Shown here one piece after another: positions 51,805-64,000 of a DNA stretch of 64,000 nucleotides (position 1 is the stretch's first letter; the number at the start of each line of letters is the position of its first letter). The notes beneath the pieces are model-generated. The model did not search any database. It had not been told where the DNA came from and saw only the letters and a program-made list of their open reading frames with translations. The DNA is from Pseudovirgaria hyperparasitica (Eukaryota): assembly GCA_010093815.1 (NCBI GenBank), contig ML996581.1. One strand, 5' to 3'. The position numbers and the translations under genes were made by a program.

Positions 51805-52319
51805 GTGCATTGGCTACAACTCTCTGCCTCACGACGTGTCACGAAACACAAGCCAGTCGATGGCGACACGTTTCCCGGCTGGAATTGGGAAAAGACTTTG
51901 CCCGCTTTGTTACGACAGTATGAAACATTTCAAGAACTCGGGAAGTGTCAATTGGCACCCTTGTTCAATAGTAACATAGCCGAGTCTCGGACCATATAAT
52001 TTCAAAAAATAGAAGAAAGTTACATGCCACCTACGTGCATCCCAAACGAACGTGAACATCACGCATATTTCACTTCTGGCTCCAGAATCAGTGTTGAACT
52101 TCGTTAGCTGCAAGTGTGCTTTTGCTGCGCTGCGAATCCAGCCGTGGCGGCCAGACTTGATTGGCCATGAGGTGCCAAGACTCGCTTCTCGCTTAATATT
52201 GTGGCCGCACCCGTGTTGGAGTTTCATCGTCAACCACAGCCCTAGGCACAGCTTTTCGACTTCTACTAACCCTCCAGCCAACGTCGAAGTCGTCCTCATA
52301 CCCGTCGAACTTCGCAATT

Positions 52320-53088
<769 letters not shown>

Positions 53089-53390
53089 ATTCGGATTTGG
53101 GTGCATGGTCTGCATGGGTGCTTGAATGGGAAGGAGGCTATGTACTTCATGAACACAGATATCATGAGTTAAATATGAAGATTCGCCTCCAAAATTCACA
53201 ACATTACTCTACCTTTGCGATTCATGTGTGAACGTGAAACCTGCTTGTTCGGTTTGTATATTTGATATCTTATATTCATATGATATATACGCTACGCTAA
53301 TTCTATACTCTTAAATTATGCAAGTACACTGTACCCCTTTATACGACATCAAGCATATTATCGCCCACCATAGCCCCCATCTCAATCCCT

Positions 53391-56300
53391 TCAGAACAGC
53401 ATATCCTCATCCCCACCAATCCCGCCACCCACAAGCCCATCCAACGCCTTCCTCAGCGCATCTCGCACAAGCCTAGCATCCACTTCCCCAAGCCCCACCT
53501 CGCAACCACCACCCTTCCTCCCCCTGACGAGCATGTCCACAACACGTCCAGTCCACAAGCCGACCTCCCCATCCGTAACCACCGAACCATAAACCCCGCC
53601 GCAACACACAGCATCTCTGCCCGCGCCATCACGGCCGAGCACATCGAACTCACCGTCGTCCAACCTGCGCAGCAGTCTCGCAATCTGCGCCCCGGAGGTG
53701 TGGATGCGGATAGTCACAGTGCGGACGTTCGACGGACGCAGGAGTGGATTCATGGATTTTGTTCGCGTGCGGCGTCGGCAGAGAGGGATATGCTGCTGCT
53801 GCTGCTGCTGCTGTGCCGTGTTTGAGTTTATTCCACCGGAGGCGGAAACGGATTCGTCATTGGCCTGGCTTTTTGCGCGGTCCGGCGTCTCGGTGACAGG
53901 GGTGGCGTGTGGGTTAGGGGTAGTAGCAGGTATGGAGTGCAGGGTTGCTTCGGCCAGACTCGCGAGGAAGGAGTCGATTGCCGGAGTGGCGATCGCAGGG
54001 GCCGGGGCTCGGAAATATGGACTATCGGCGTTGTAGTGCTCGTTGTGGTGCTCGTTGTGGTGCTCGTTGGGTGGAACGGGCGCGTGGCTGGAGAAGAAGC
54101 GGCCGATATCGTGCTCGGATGGTGTCTGATGGGGAGTCTGAGCGGACCGTGAATGGTGATGGACGTTGTTTGTCTCTGTCATGCTGCTGCTACTTGAGTT
54201 GTTTCTGTTGCGTTGTCGATTGGATCGGGGGTCTGTTTGTCTCCTGAGGGGAGGGGTACGGGGAGCACCGTTTGTAAGGGCTGGCGGTCTGAATTTCTGC
54301 TGACTGCGACGCTTTTTGGGCTCTGCTCTTCTGGTGTCATTCGCGTGTTCGGGGTCGAAGAATCGGACTCCGGGGCTGTGATCGTCTTGGATCTGGAGGC
54401 TCTGACACTGTTGCCGTTCCGTTTGTTGTTGCGGTTGTTGTTTTCCGAGTTTTGCTCGTGGGCGCCGTGAGATTTCAGGAATTGCTGATAGTGGGGTTCC
54501 TAATACGGAATTCGGGTTTGGGTCTGGGATTGGAAGACTAGAATCTTGAAATTGTGGAGTTATAACGTCCATAGGTCGTCTTTGGTGGCTTGCGTATACC
54601 TCAGTTCCATCTTCGACCCTTGAAGACGAAGGCGGATCTGCTCTGTTGCGAGCCTCCGCTAACGTCTGTGTTGGTCGAACAGAGCTACTCGAAAGTGTTG
54701 CCGGGGGTGTCTCCAATCCAAAGTGTTGTTCATGGAAGCCAAATTGAGCCTGTAGGCTCCTCGTGCTTGAACTTTGCGGAGCGAGGTCGGAGGGTCGAAT
54801 CTTCAGCGGAGTCTTCGCAGGCGTGTTGAGTTGGACCGGCTCACGGTATCTGCCCCTTGTCTTTGTGGCCATTTTTGCAAGTGTCCATGGATTAGACACT
54901 TCGACGGACCTCAATGCTTCCTCGGTCTCGTCATCATCATAGTTTTCGTAGTTCCCACTTGTAGTATCTGTCTCGTTGACTACATCCGCAAGTTCGTCAT
55001 CGTCATCGTCATCGCCACCGTACATGTTAGAAACCCACGCAGACGATCGCTGTGGAGGGGGGTAAGTTCCAGATCCTTGTGTGCAGTCCTCATGGGTCGA
55101 GATTATTGCTTGAGGAGGAAGTTCCATTTCAGGCTGTGGTGTTGGATCTCGGTTCGCAGACGTGTCTCCCACGACTTCAGTTGACTCCAGGAAGTCTATC
55201 AGTTGGTCTAGTGCCTGAGGAGTATCCTTTTCCGTCTGGATCTGATAGAACGAATGCATAAGGTCCCCGACAACTTTCAGTACAGCTTTCTCGTCCATAA
55301 AGATGAAGTCACCTTTGCCAGGCTCCACGTTGACATCGTACGTCCCCTCTGGGCATGCAATATCAAGCCAGATAAAGCCTTCCTTGACCCCACCCAAGCC
55401 GGCTGTTTTCAGGTTGTGCTTCCACAACTCCAGGATTTTCTTGAGAACGCCTCTGGCATGCCCGACAGGGCGTCCGTCTACCTGAAAGAAGCAACCAAAC
55501 CCGCACACATATGCTGGTTTAGCATCAGGTCGTGGTAGAAAGGCGCGGACGTGATATCCGTTACCTTTGAGTGCATCGTATCGACATTGGCTAGTGGCCT
55601 GGTGGCCTATTATCTTGATAGCAGCTTCTTCGACAAGTGATGCCATGGACTCCGAATTTCCATCGTGTACTTTACATGGCGCAAACGTCCAGTTCCCAGC
55701 AGTTGAGGTTGCCCTGAGAATCTTCAGCGAAAAGCGTACTGTTGGCCTAGTAAAGGCGTAAGCCTTCAGCATGCGTTTAATGTCCGCAAGACATTTGCTG
55801 GTAGTCTTGAGCGCTGCTTGTTTGCGCACAGGTAGAGCCGCAAAGAAGTCCGTCAGACGCACAGTAGTACCAACTGGATGCGAGGTAGCAACTCCTCTGC
55901 ACCACCATTAGCCCTGACTTGAAAATACCTCATATGAGTGGGAGCTTGAGCCCAGACAATAGGGTGCATACATGTGATTGACTGCCCAGTGCCCAACGTC
56001 CCAGCTCCGTCCTACTTCCTCACCTGCGACTCGTGTCGTTATCCTCACTGTCTTGCAGACACCCTTTACGAGAAGGTCCCCCGACAAAGCACTGATGGCC
56101 TCACCTCTGAAGCCTAAGGTGTTCCCACCAACCAACCTCAGATCGCTCTCGTCACGAATCTTGCTCGTGCAACCTCTCTTGCCGAACAGCAATCTATCCT
56201 CGGGCGGAATACCGTGACCATTATCTCGGATCTGTACCTTATTAGCTGAGCCACTAGAGTTGAGAAGAAGGATTCAGTCATGGTGGTTGCTTGTCCTCAG

Positions 56301-56492
56301 ACGATGCCATACAAAGCGCTCACGTACCTGTATAGAGCTCATCGTGTCAGCGCTGATATCGACTGCAACTGACGTGGCGCCAGCATCCAAGGCATTGTCA
56401 ATCAGCTCTTTGGTGGCAGAAGTGGGACTTGTCAGGAGCTGTGAACTGCTGAGAAGATGTGCGGTCGCTGCTGGAAGTGCCTGAATTGGCAT
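53391..56492 (-). CDS. MLH2: MutL-family DNA mismatch repair protein, Mlh2-like (no C-terminal endonuclease motif), 3 exons
   Basis: GHKL ATPase motifs KELIDNALDAGAT, DNGHGI, TSKI, LGFRGEA and GTTVRLTDFF...LPVRKQ, plus the transducer motif YDVNVEPGK. A long disordered C-terminal half follows, with no DQHAxxE motif. Confidence 0.8.
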
Positions 56493-56982
56493 GGCTCTAC
56501 GCAATGTAGCACTCGGAGATCAACTTCGCGCAAAGCGGACGATTATATCCGCAGGACTATGGTAGTATAACAAGTGAAGAATTGACGTTTACGTCCGGTG
56601 TAAAATTCGGTAGTGAGTATGCGGAGAGGATTGACCTTCCTAACAGCGGACAGAAGACTACACCTGACCATGTGACATACGAAGCAATTGAGCAGCAACA
56701 ATAAAAGACAGTCGAAGCGTTCTACGTTTGTTGTATAGATAAACACATTCAGATGCACGTCATACTAGACGTGCATCCAAGAAGCATACACCGATGCTGT
56801 ACTAAGTAAATACTAAATCACAAATGCAGAGACCGTGAACACCCGGGACACCAGACTTTGAAACCGCATAAGGTACACTTTAGACTTGACCGTACCATGT
56901 CTGTCGATAGGCAGAAACCCAGTCCGACCGTCTCTTACGCTTGAAGGAAGTAAGAAAAAAAAGCCCAGGGAAAGAATTCTTC

Positions 56983-59900
56983 TCACAATGCATCCGCCAT
57001 GACTACATCGGTACCAGCGTTTGCACTCGTGGACTCAATTTTCTCACCCTTGAGCCGTGCATATTCGGCATTTATTGCATCGACTTCCTCCTTGCTCATA
57101 CCTTTCATCCAGGAGTTGTTCAGGACGAGCTTCTCGCGTGCCTTTTCACCTGCGCGAATGCTCTCATTCTTGATCGCCTCGAGTCCTTCCTTGCCGCCTG
57201 TGCGATCTTTATTCGATTTGACGAGATATTCTTCGGTCTTCGGTTCGAATATCATCTTATAGCTATGAACTGCAATTCGAATCGTCATGACGTCGTTACT
57301 GGTAATGTAACTAGATTTCAGGGAGCTATTGCTAGCATCGCTCTCATTATCATCAAGGCCGTGCGCCAGGAACACCTTGGACAGCCTTGTGTTCTCCATG
57401 CCTTCTGTGGGATCTACGTTGGTAAACGTCGAGATGTAGTATCGCCATCTCTGCTCCGCGGTGTAATTTCTCTGATCGAATGTAAGGTCATCCTTTTTGA
57501 AAATCTGGACCGTCGCCTTCATTTCATTCTGTTTCTGTAAACACGCGTTAGAAAAGGACTTACTAATGGCAAGGTCGATACTTACAAAGCATATGCGGTA
57601 TACGTCTCCATCTTTGGCATATTTCTCCACCTGGCGACGGTAGTTGATCTCATCTTTGTGAGTCGTTTCCCTGCGCTGACGGTCCTTTTTGAACAATTGG
57701 TAGATATCCCATGACTTGTCCTTAGTATCGCTTGTGAGGACTGCCACGGCGAATCGACCAAGCGAACTGAGCAACTTATCAACGGAGTATAGTTGCCAGC
57801 CGTTTTGCAGGTAGAATCTTCGAAGTGTTTCCTCTACGTGAATCATGTCCATGTCACCCTTGACAACTTCCTCAAACATGCCTAGTACCTGTTGGTAATA
57901 GTTTGCATTGAAAGAGGTGTCTCCGAAAAAGTCGCTTGGTAGTTTATCGATGAGCTTGAAATCGGTCGCCGGCTTCTCCGATTTTGCGTTCACGACCTGG
58001 TCATGGACTTCGTTTTCGACCCTCTTTAGGTTCACGAGACGCTCGTAAAGTATGACTAGCATTCTGAAGAAGCAGTATATCGGGAGGTTGGCATACATGT
58101 TGTATGTGTCACGTTGGAAAGGCTCATCAGGGGCGATATCGTTCTCGTTGCCTAGAGTTGGATGTTCCAGCCACTTGTTCAATGGACGCTCTTCTGCAGG
58201 TTCGCCACTGGGGCTATCAGCGACGCCAGTCATTTCATCGTCGATGTTCGAACCAATATCTGGAGTTGTTGCACGACTACCAGAGGCATTGCTGTCCTCG
58301 CGATGCCTTGTGGATGCTCGGCCTTTGTCAAGCACACCTCGAAGTAAATTTTGGTTCTTGCCCTTGCCACGGGCTGATCGAGAGGATACATCGTCGGGGC
58401 TGGTCATTTCATCATCCAGGTCCTCCTCACCTGGAGAACCGTTAGGCGAGATACGGATGCGCTCGTCGAAGGTTGCGACATCGAGTCCAAAGAACATGGG
58501 GATGAATTCCTTCATAAAGTTCAACAAACGCGGGTGGTCAGAGCTTTGGTTATTTTCTACCTGTACGAGCACCAAACGGGCTGCGTCGTACAGGACATCA
58601 ATGTCGTCGAAGGCATATTCGAACTGCCATTGCGGGACATAGAGTTTCTGGACCTCACGTTGCCGCTTTTGTTCTTCGTGCTTGACCTGGATCTCGGTCT
58701 GCAGTGTCTTGGTCTGAAATTGTCGCTTGTCTGCTTGTTTTGCACCGATGCTTTGGTGATCAAGACTTTTCCAGAAGATCCTCTGAGTCTGTTCACGCCA
58801 GACTTTCTCCCACTCGCGTTGCGCCGCTTTCCATTCCTCAAGCTTGGATTTCAGACGACCAAGAACGACAGGGACAACTTTGTATGGTGAATCGAAGAGA
58901 CTGTCAAGAACCAAACGTCCTTTTTCGCGACCATATACTTTGAGGATCACACGCTTGTAGATAGCCTCGCTTTGCCCACCGAGTCCCTTTGGCAGTACAA
59001 AGTTGAGACGATCTTCCGGTAACATCTGGTATAGTTGCTGTGCAATGGGTTCTAATTGCTGTACAGTACGAAGACAGGCTTCGATGTTGAAGTCATAGTC
59101 ATGGCGTTCTTCTTCGATGCGATGAAGACCCTCTTCATGTTGATTCTTGCGATGTGCGATAAATCCAGAATCTTCCGATGCCCAAGTGGGATGCGATGCC
59201 CATTCGTCGTTCAGGACAGAGCGACAAAGATCGTCGCGACCACTGCACACACGCATGCGATCTCTCTTTGGCAATAGCCTATAGCTGGGTCCCAGGCCAC
59301 GACAGTTTGAAAGGGAAACTTTCGAGCTGAATGATTGGATGGCTCTAGCTTCGAGAGTTTCTGGTTTGGGGTCATAGCCCATGAAATGTTTGAAATAGGT
59401 CATAAGCTCAGGATTACCGCCGAGAAAGCTGTGAGCTCTCTGTATAAGCAACTCAGAGCTGATGAGATCTTGCGAAAACAGATTGCAGAGCTTCAAGAAC
59501 TCATTCATATTATTCTTGTTACCGATAAACTTCTTTGCGCGGTCGAAGAAAGCCAGTTCATCATGCGTTGCAGCGGTCGATGACGTTGGCGGGATCGGCT
59601 CAGGAAGAGCTGGAGTCAAGGTAGGCGATACAGGGGGTCCCTCGGGGACTGTAGATTTGTTCATAGTATGGTGTTGTTTGGTTCGCTGAAACGAGTGACC
59701 GACCATTAGTGTCTGCTGGTAGGTGTATGTATATATGCGACGCCACACAAAAGAAAAAAAAACCAACAATGAAATTCGGCAGATGACGCATTAGGACGAG
59801 GGTATGAGCCGCAGAAAGAAGCTTCAATAGTGCTGCATGCGAATCGAAAGCTGAACAATGAGGGCTGAGTTGTACAGGAGGGCAGGAATAAAGAATAATG

Positions 59901-62305
59901 GAGGATAGTTAATGGAATGCAGTTACTAACCTTGGCACCCGGAGGATAGCCTCCACGGCTACTGTGTGCTACTTCAAGAGCAGGGGGTGGGATTGCAGCC
60001 TGCCCGGCAACAGGGCCCTGTCTGTCACCTCTCTTCCGCTTGTTGCTATCTTTCGCCGGAGTGGGTGCGAAGTTCCCGATCGGAGGAAGACGACCACCTT
60101 GCTCGGGTCTTGGGGTCTGTTGTAGTTGCTGAGTATGAGCTATGTAAGTAGCATCACTGCGTATATTGCTTGTCTGGGCTACATCTTCGGCCGTCTGGCG
60201 GGCAGCGAGTGCGGCTCTTTGCTGGGCTCCGGTAGTGGAATCGGGTAGGAATTGTTTGAAGTCTTCCAATAAGTCTGGGGCACCTCCGAATAATGTCGTG
60301 ACTTGAGCGTATACGTCCTGGATAGGCTTCGACTCTCGTTGATAAGTCTGCAGAATCTCGAGGAACTGCTTGTAGATATCCGGTTGTGTCGCGAAACGAT
60401 TCTTGATTTTGTTGACATAGCTGATCGCGTGGTTGAACTCGACCGGCCCTCTTTTCTCAGCAGTACTACCAGCACCGGATGGCGCGGCAGATGCGATACC
60501 GTTGATAGACTGGCCATGGAGGTGGGCAGCAGCGCCACCAGGCGGCGACTGCATACCTTCCGGGCCTTGACCAGCGTTAGCAACCACAGCAGCATTTTGG
60601 AGTGAAGACATGCTACGCTGCTCTAGTTGTCGAGCTTCGACCTGTGCGGCAGATTCTGGGTGTGCCCTTTGTATTTCAGGCGACATCGAAGCCGGCTGGC
60701 CGGGCTGCGGACCATATGGGCCGGATCGCCCCGGCCCAAAGACGTCTGAGCCTTGTGGTACCGACTGTTGCCAATTATTGCCGCCATCTCGGTTTGACTG
60801 TTCGTAGAATTGCTGATCTGACGGAGTAGACGTGATGCCATTCGTCACACTTTGGGATAGAGGGTGGACTCCCAATGCCGATACTGTCGTACCCATTGGT
60901 GTAGTTACTCTGATTGTGTTCGGGTCGTCGCCTGTACCACACTCTATACGATATCCAGGCGGGAGGAATGTATTGAATCCTTGGATCAATGCAGGGTTCC
61001 CAGAGAAAAGTGTGGAAACTCTGTCGATAACACCAGGAGTGTCAATTCTACGTCAAGAGTTAGCCGCGCGCAACAAGTTCACGCTTCCAGGCTGTCACTT
61101 ACGCGCCACTCTTGAAATCTTTCATGATATCCAAGAACTGATTATAGACAGTGGGCTGTTCGCCAAATTGTATCTTGACTTGGTCAAGATAGCTGAGTGC
61201 ATCCTGTGACGCGGTGGATATTAGGTACTGTATGAGTGTGAATGAGTAGTGATACGTACATTCAGTATAGGCTGCTGTCCTTGTCCCACATTCACTGGTG
61301 GCTGTTGCCCTTGTCCTACGTTCACTAGTTGTTGCTGTGGCTGCTGTTGCTGCTGCTGTGGTTGTGCATTGCCACCAGAGAAAGGGACGAGAAGAGTCTG
61401 AGGCGGTGGCTGGACAGCGTGTTGATTTCGAGCATTGCTCTCACTTGGAGCAGTTTGACCTGAACCATTTGCAGACAGCCCATTGACTGGTGCGCTGATA
61501 GGACCTGGTAAGCCACTTGTGCCTGTCATGACGGCAGCATTACCAAGTAGACCGTTTGGACCATGTATACCTCGAGTCTGAGGAGCGACTGCAACAGGCT
61601 GGTGAATTTGTATCGGTCCTCCATGATTCTCGTGCGCGGCCTGCTCTTGATGGTGCCGTTCACGGTTCTCACGATCGCGTTGCTCGGCCGCGGCCATCTC
61701 CAGGTGTCGATCGAGCTCTCGACCATCTCTCCCGTCAATCCTTCTTTCCATGTTTGGGGGAGGTGGGCCATGGTGTTGGGCGTGAATCGACTGGTTCAGA
61801 GCAGGCAGTGGGTATGGGCCGCCAGGCATATTTGGCGTGGCGTCAGACCCTGTCGGTAGCGCTCGCTGAGAGGCCTGATGTGGAGAAGTTTGTGCAGGTT
61901 GTGCAAGTCCTGAGATTGACGGTAGGCTTTGGCTCGGTTGTCCAGGAGGGTGATAGGAGCCTAGAAGTAAGTTAGAAGGTAATCTTTGTAGTTGGCAACA
62001 CGGGTGATATCACGAACCTGGGGGAGGTGGTAGCACCGGGCCACCACCAGAAGTTGGATTTTGCGATTGTGGTGGTTGCGCAGGTGCAGAAGTACCACTA
62101 CGAAAAGATGTGTTAGCTAAATGTATAGGACGTATTGAATCGCTTGCGACGGCTCACGACCTATGCATAGGCGAAGTTGTACTTACTCGTATCTTCCTAT
62201 GAATGGTCTTGACGATGGCCCAGATCCTGAATCATTGTTTTGAGGACCTGTTCCAGGAGTCTGATTCTGTCCTGAAGCCCACGGCTCGCGAGATCCTGAA
62301 TTCAT
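56983..62305 (-). CDS. SIN3: Transcriptional corepressor Sin3 (paired amphipathic helix protein), multi-exon
   Basis: PAH1 [10 protein letters not shown]...[16 protein letters not shown]2 [17 protein letters not shown]...[12 protein letters not shown]3 [22 protein letters not shown]...[29 protein letters not shown], and the Sin3 C-terminal domain. The start at 62305 is inferred from two short, frame-consistent upstream exons. Confidence 0.95.
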
Positions 62306-64000
62306 TATAGGCAACGCCAGCCGATCGTCCGTTTGATTTATTCGTCTTGTTCGACACCGAAACAGTCGCTCCCAGAATTCGAAGCGCCGTGTTCAAGGGG
62401 TGGTATTTGTATAGTAAGGTGTATGCTCGATGAATTAGGGAGGTAGCGGACGGCATGCGCCTTGTAAATGTTCGAAACTTCCTGTTGCAGCGCAAAACGC
62501 GGAGCGTGTTTGAGCTGATGGCGCGTTGCTAGGTCTTCGCAGAAGAGAAGGTAGATCAAGCAAGAAAAACGGAGCTTAAGGAAGCCCAGAATCTCTCTTC
62601 ACATAGGTAGAGCCGCCGTAGAGGGAGGGGTAAACGTGTAGGTAGACAAGTGGTGATCGTGAGGGAGCTCTGATTGCGCTTTCATGACCAAAGCAGAATC
62701 TCGCGCAAGAGCTTCGGAGAAACAATTTTCCATGGGTCCATCACGCAGGGGTACCTGGGCAGTTGAAAGCATGCGTCAGTGGTCTGTGCACACATCATTC
62801 AACGCTTTGTACTGAGCAATCCATACATCGAGCATCATTATATTGACCGCAGCTAAGTCTGGATAACCCGTGTTTGACGCGCTTGTCAGCATCACTTCCC
62901 TCTACCCTGACTACTTAGAGTCGCACTCTTCACCTATATTTATACCGGAATACTTTGACCATTTTGATGGTCGTCTCACGTATATTCGCCAGTGATGGAG
63001 TATATCCATCAATCATTTGGACATCATAAAGCAGTCTCATGTATTACAAGCATGCAAACAGCGCACTTCTGCGCTATATTCCGACGGATGAACCATAAGA
63101 CGAATGAATGGGCTGCGCGTAGACTGGCGTTTCCATCCCAGACTACTTCTACCAGTGATGATAACTACGGATTCGTGAACGCGAGACCGCTCACTAGATA
63201 AGAACCGGTATTCTCAACCACGATATCGCAGGGCAAGTAAGGCCGCTAAATGATTTGCGTGGCAAGCTCGCTCGCCAGCTACGTATAGCTTCCGAGATTG
63301 TTCTGGACAAGTACGTCCCTCAAGGTTTCCCGTTACGCGATATCAGGATGTGCTGTGATACTCAGTCATTATGCGTAGAGGAGAGATTTGTATTATGTCT
63401 GCGCTCATCCAGTGTAGCAAAGGCTTGTAGAAGATAGATCCAGGGACTGCTCCACTCTGCACATCTTCACTTCGAAATACCAACACCGGTATCAGTCGAT
63501 AGCCAGATGAAACAATATAATCAGAGTGAGATTTGACGAGCAGGTAGAGGCACGCCACATCACAGCATGCCTTTCCAACGACACTAGAGATCGACAACAA
63601 TTTGAGAACCGAGAGTGGGATGCACACCGAACAAGGGTAGTATGGCATCTCAAATAGTTTTCAAGTGAAAAGCATTGCACTTTGAGGGATAGATAGCGAA
63701 GACAGAGCCGAGACGAGAACTGGAGAATACCATTAGTGTAGATTCTGTGAGCAATATCTTCGGCGGCCACTCTATTGGTAATAAATATTCAACGTACCGT
63801 CTCGTGGTGTCGTCTCCGGAAGGGTAGATTGTCAAGTTCACGGTATACAGGCAGGGGATCAATTCAAGTCGCACAAGATCAGACTTCAATGCGTCGCTGT
63901 CTTGGCTCTTGTGGCACGGTGGGGTATAGTATCACGCCCACAGTGGTGCAGGCTGTAGTCATCGCATGGCCATGCCCAGACTCGAAGAGGCTTGTGCCCA

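Overview
Intron-rich genomic DNA from a filamentous ascomycete (Pezizomycotina; Dothideomycetes is a guess). It carries about 17 protein-coding genes, mostly housekeeping: a WrbA/Pst2-type flavodoxin-like quinone reductase, a DUF3712 protein, a G-patch protein, ORC3, BNA1, a Ctr2-type copper transporter, REG1, an ELMO/CED-12 protein, an uncharacterised protein, an MFS transporter, an NTF2-like protein, SLA1, a secreted HExxH metalloprotease, SPT2, RPP2, RPS15, an Mlh2-like MutL and SIN3. Between them lie microsatellite tracts, TpA-rich (RIP-like) islands, a few probable gene relics and one 10-N gap. The standout observation is the flavodoxin-like gene. It stops at TGA-CTAG, the canonical ribosomal readthrough context, and continues in frame for 56 sense codons that end in C-x5-CVVI*. 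This predicts a cryptic prenylated/palmitoylated, Ycp4-like membrane isoform made by readthrough. The second-best lead is the NTF2-like gene, which has clustered forkhead sites and an MCB site in its promoter, plus KEN, D-box-like and CDK motifs in its protein, suggesting an unrecognised mitotic protein. Gene models were spliced by eye, and family calls come from remembered motifs, not database searches.
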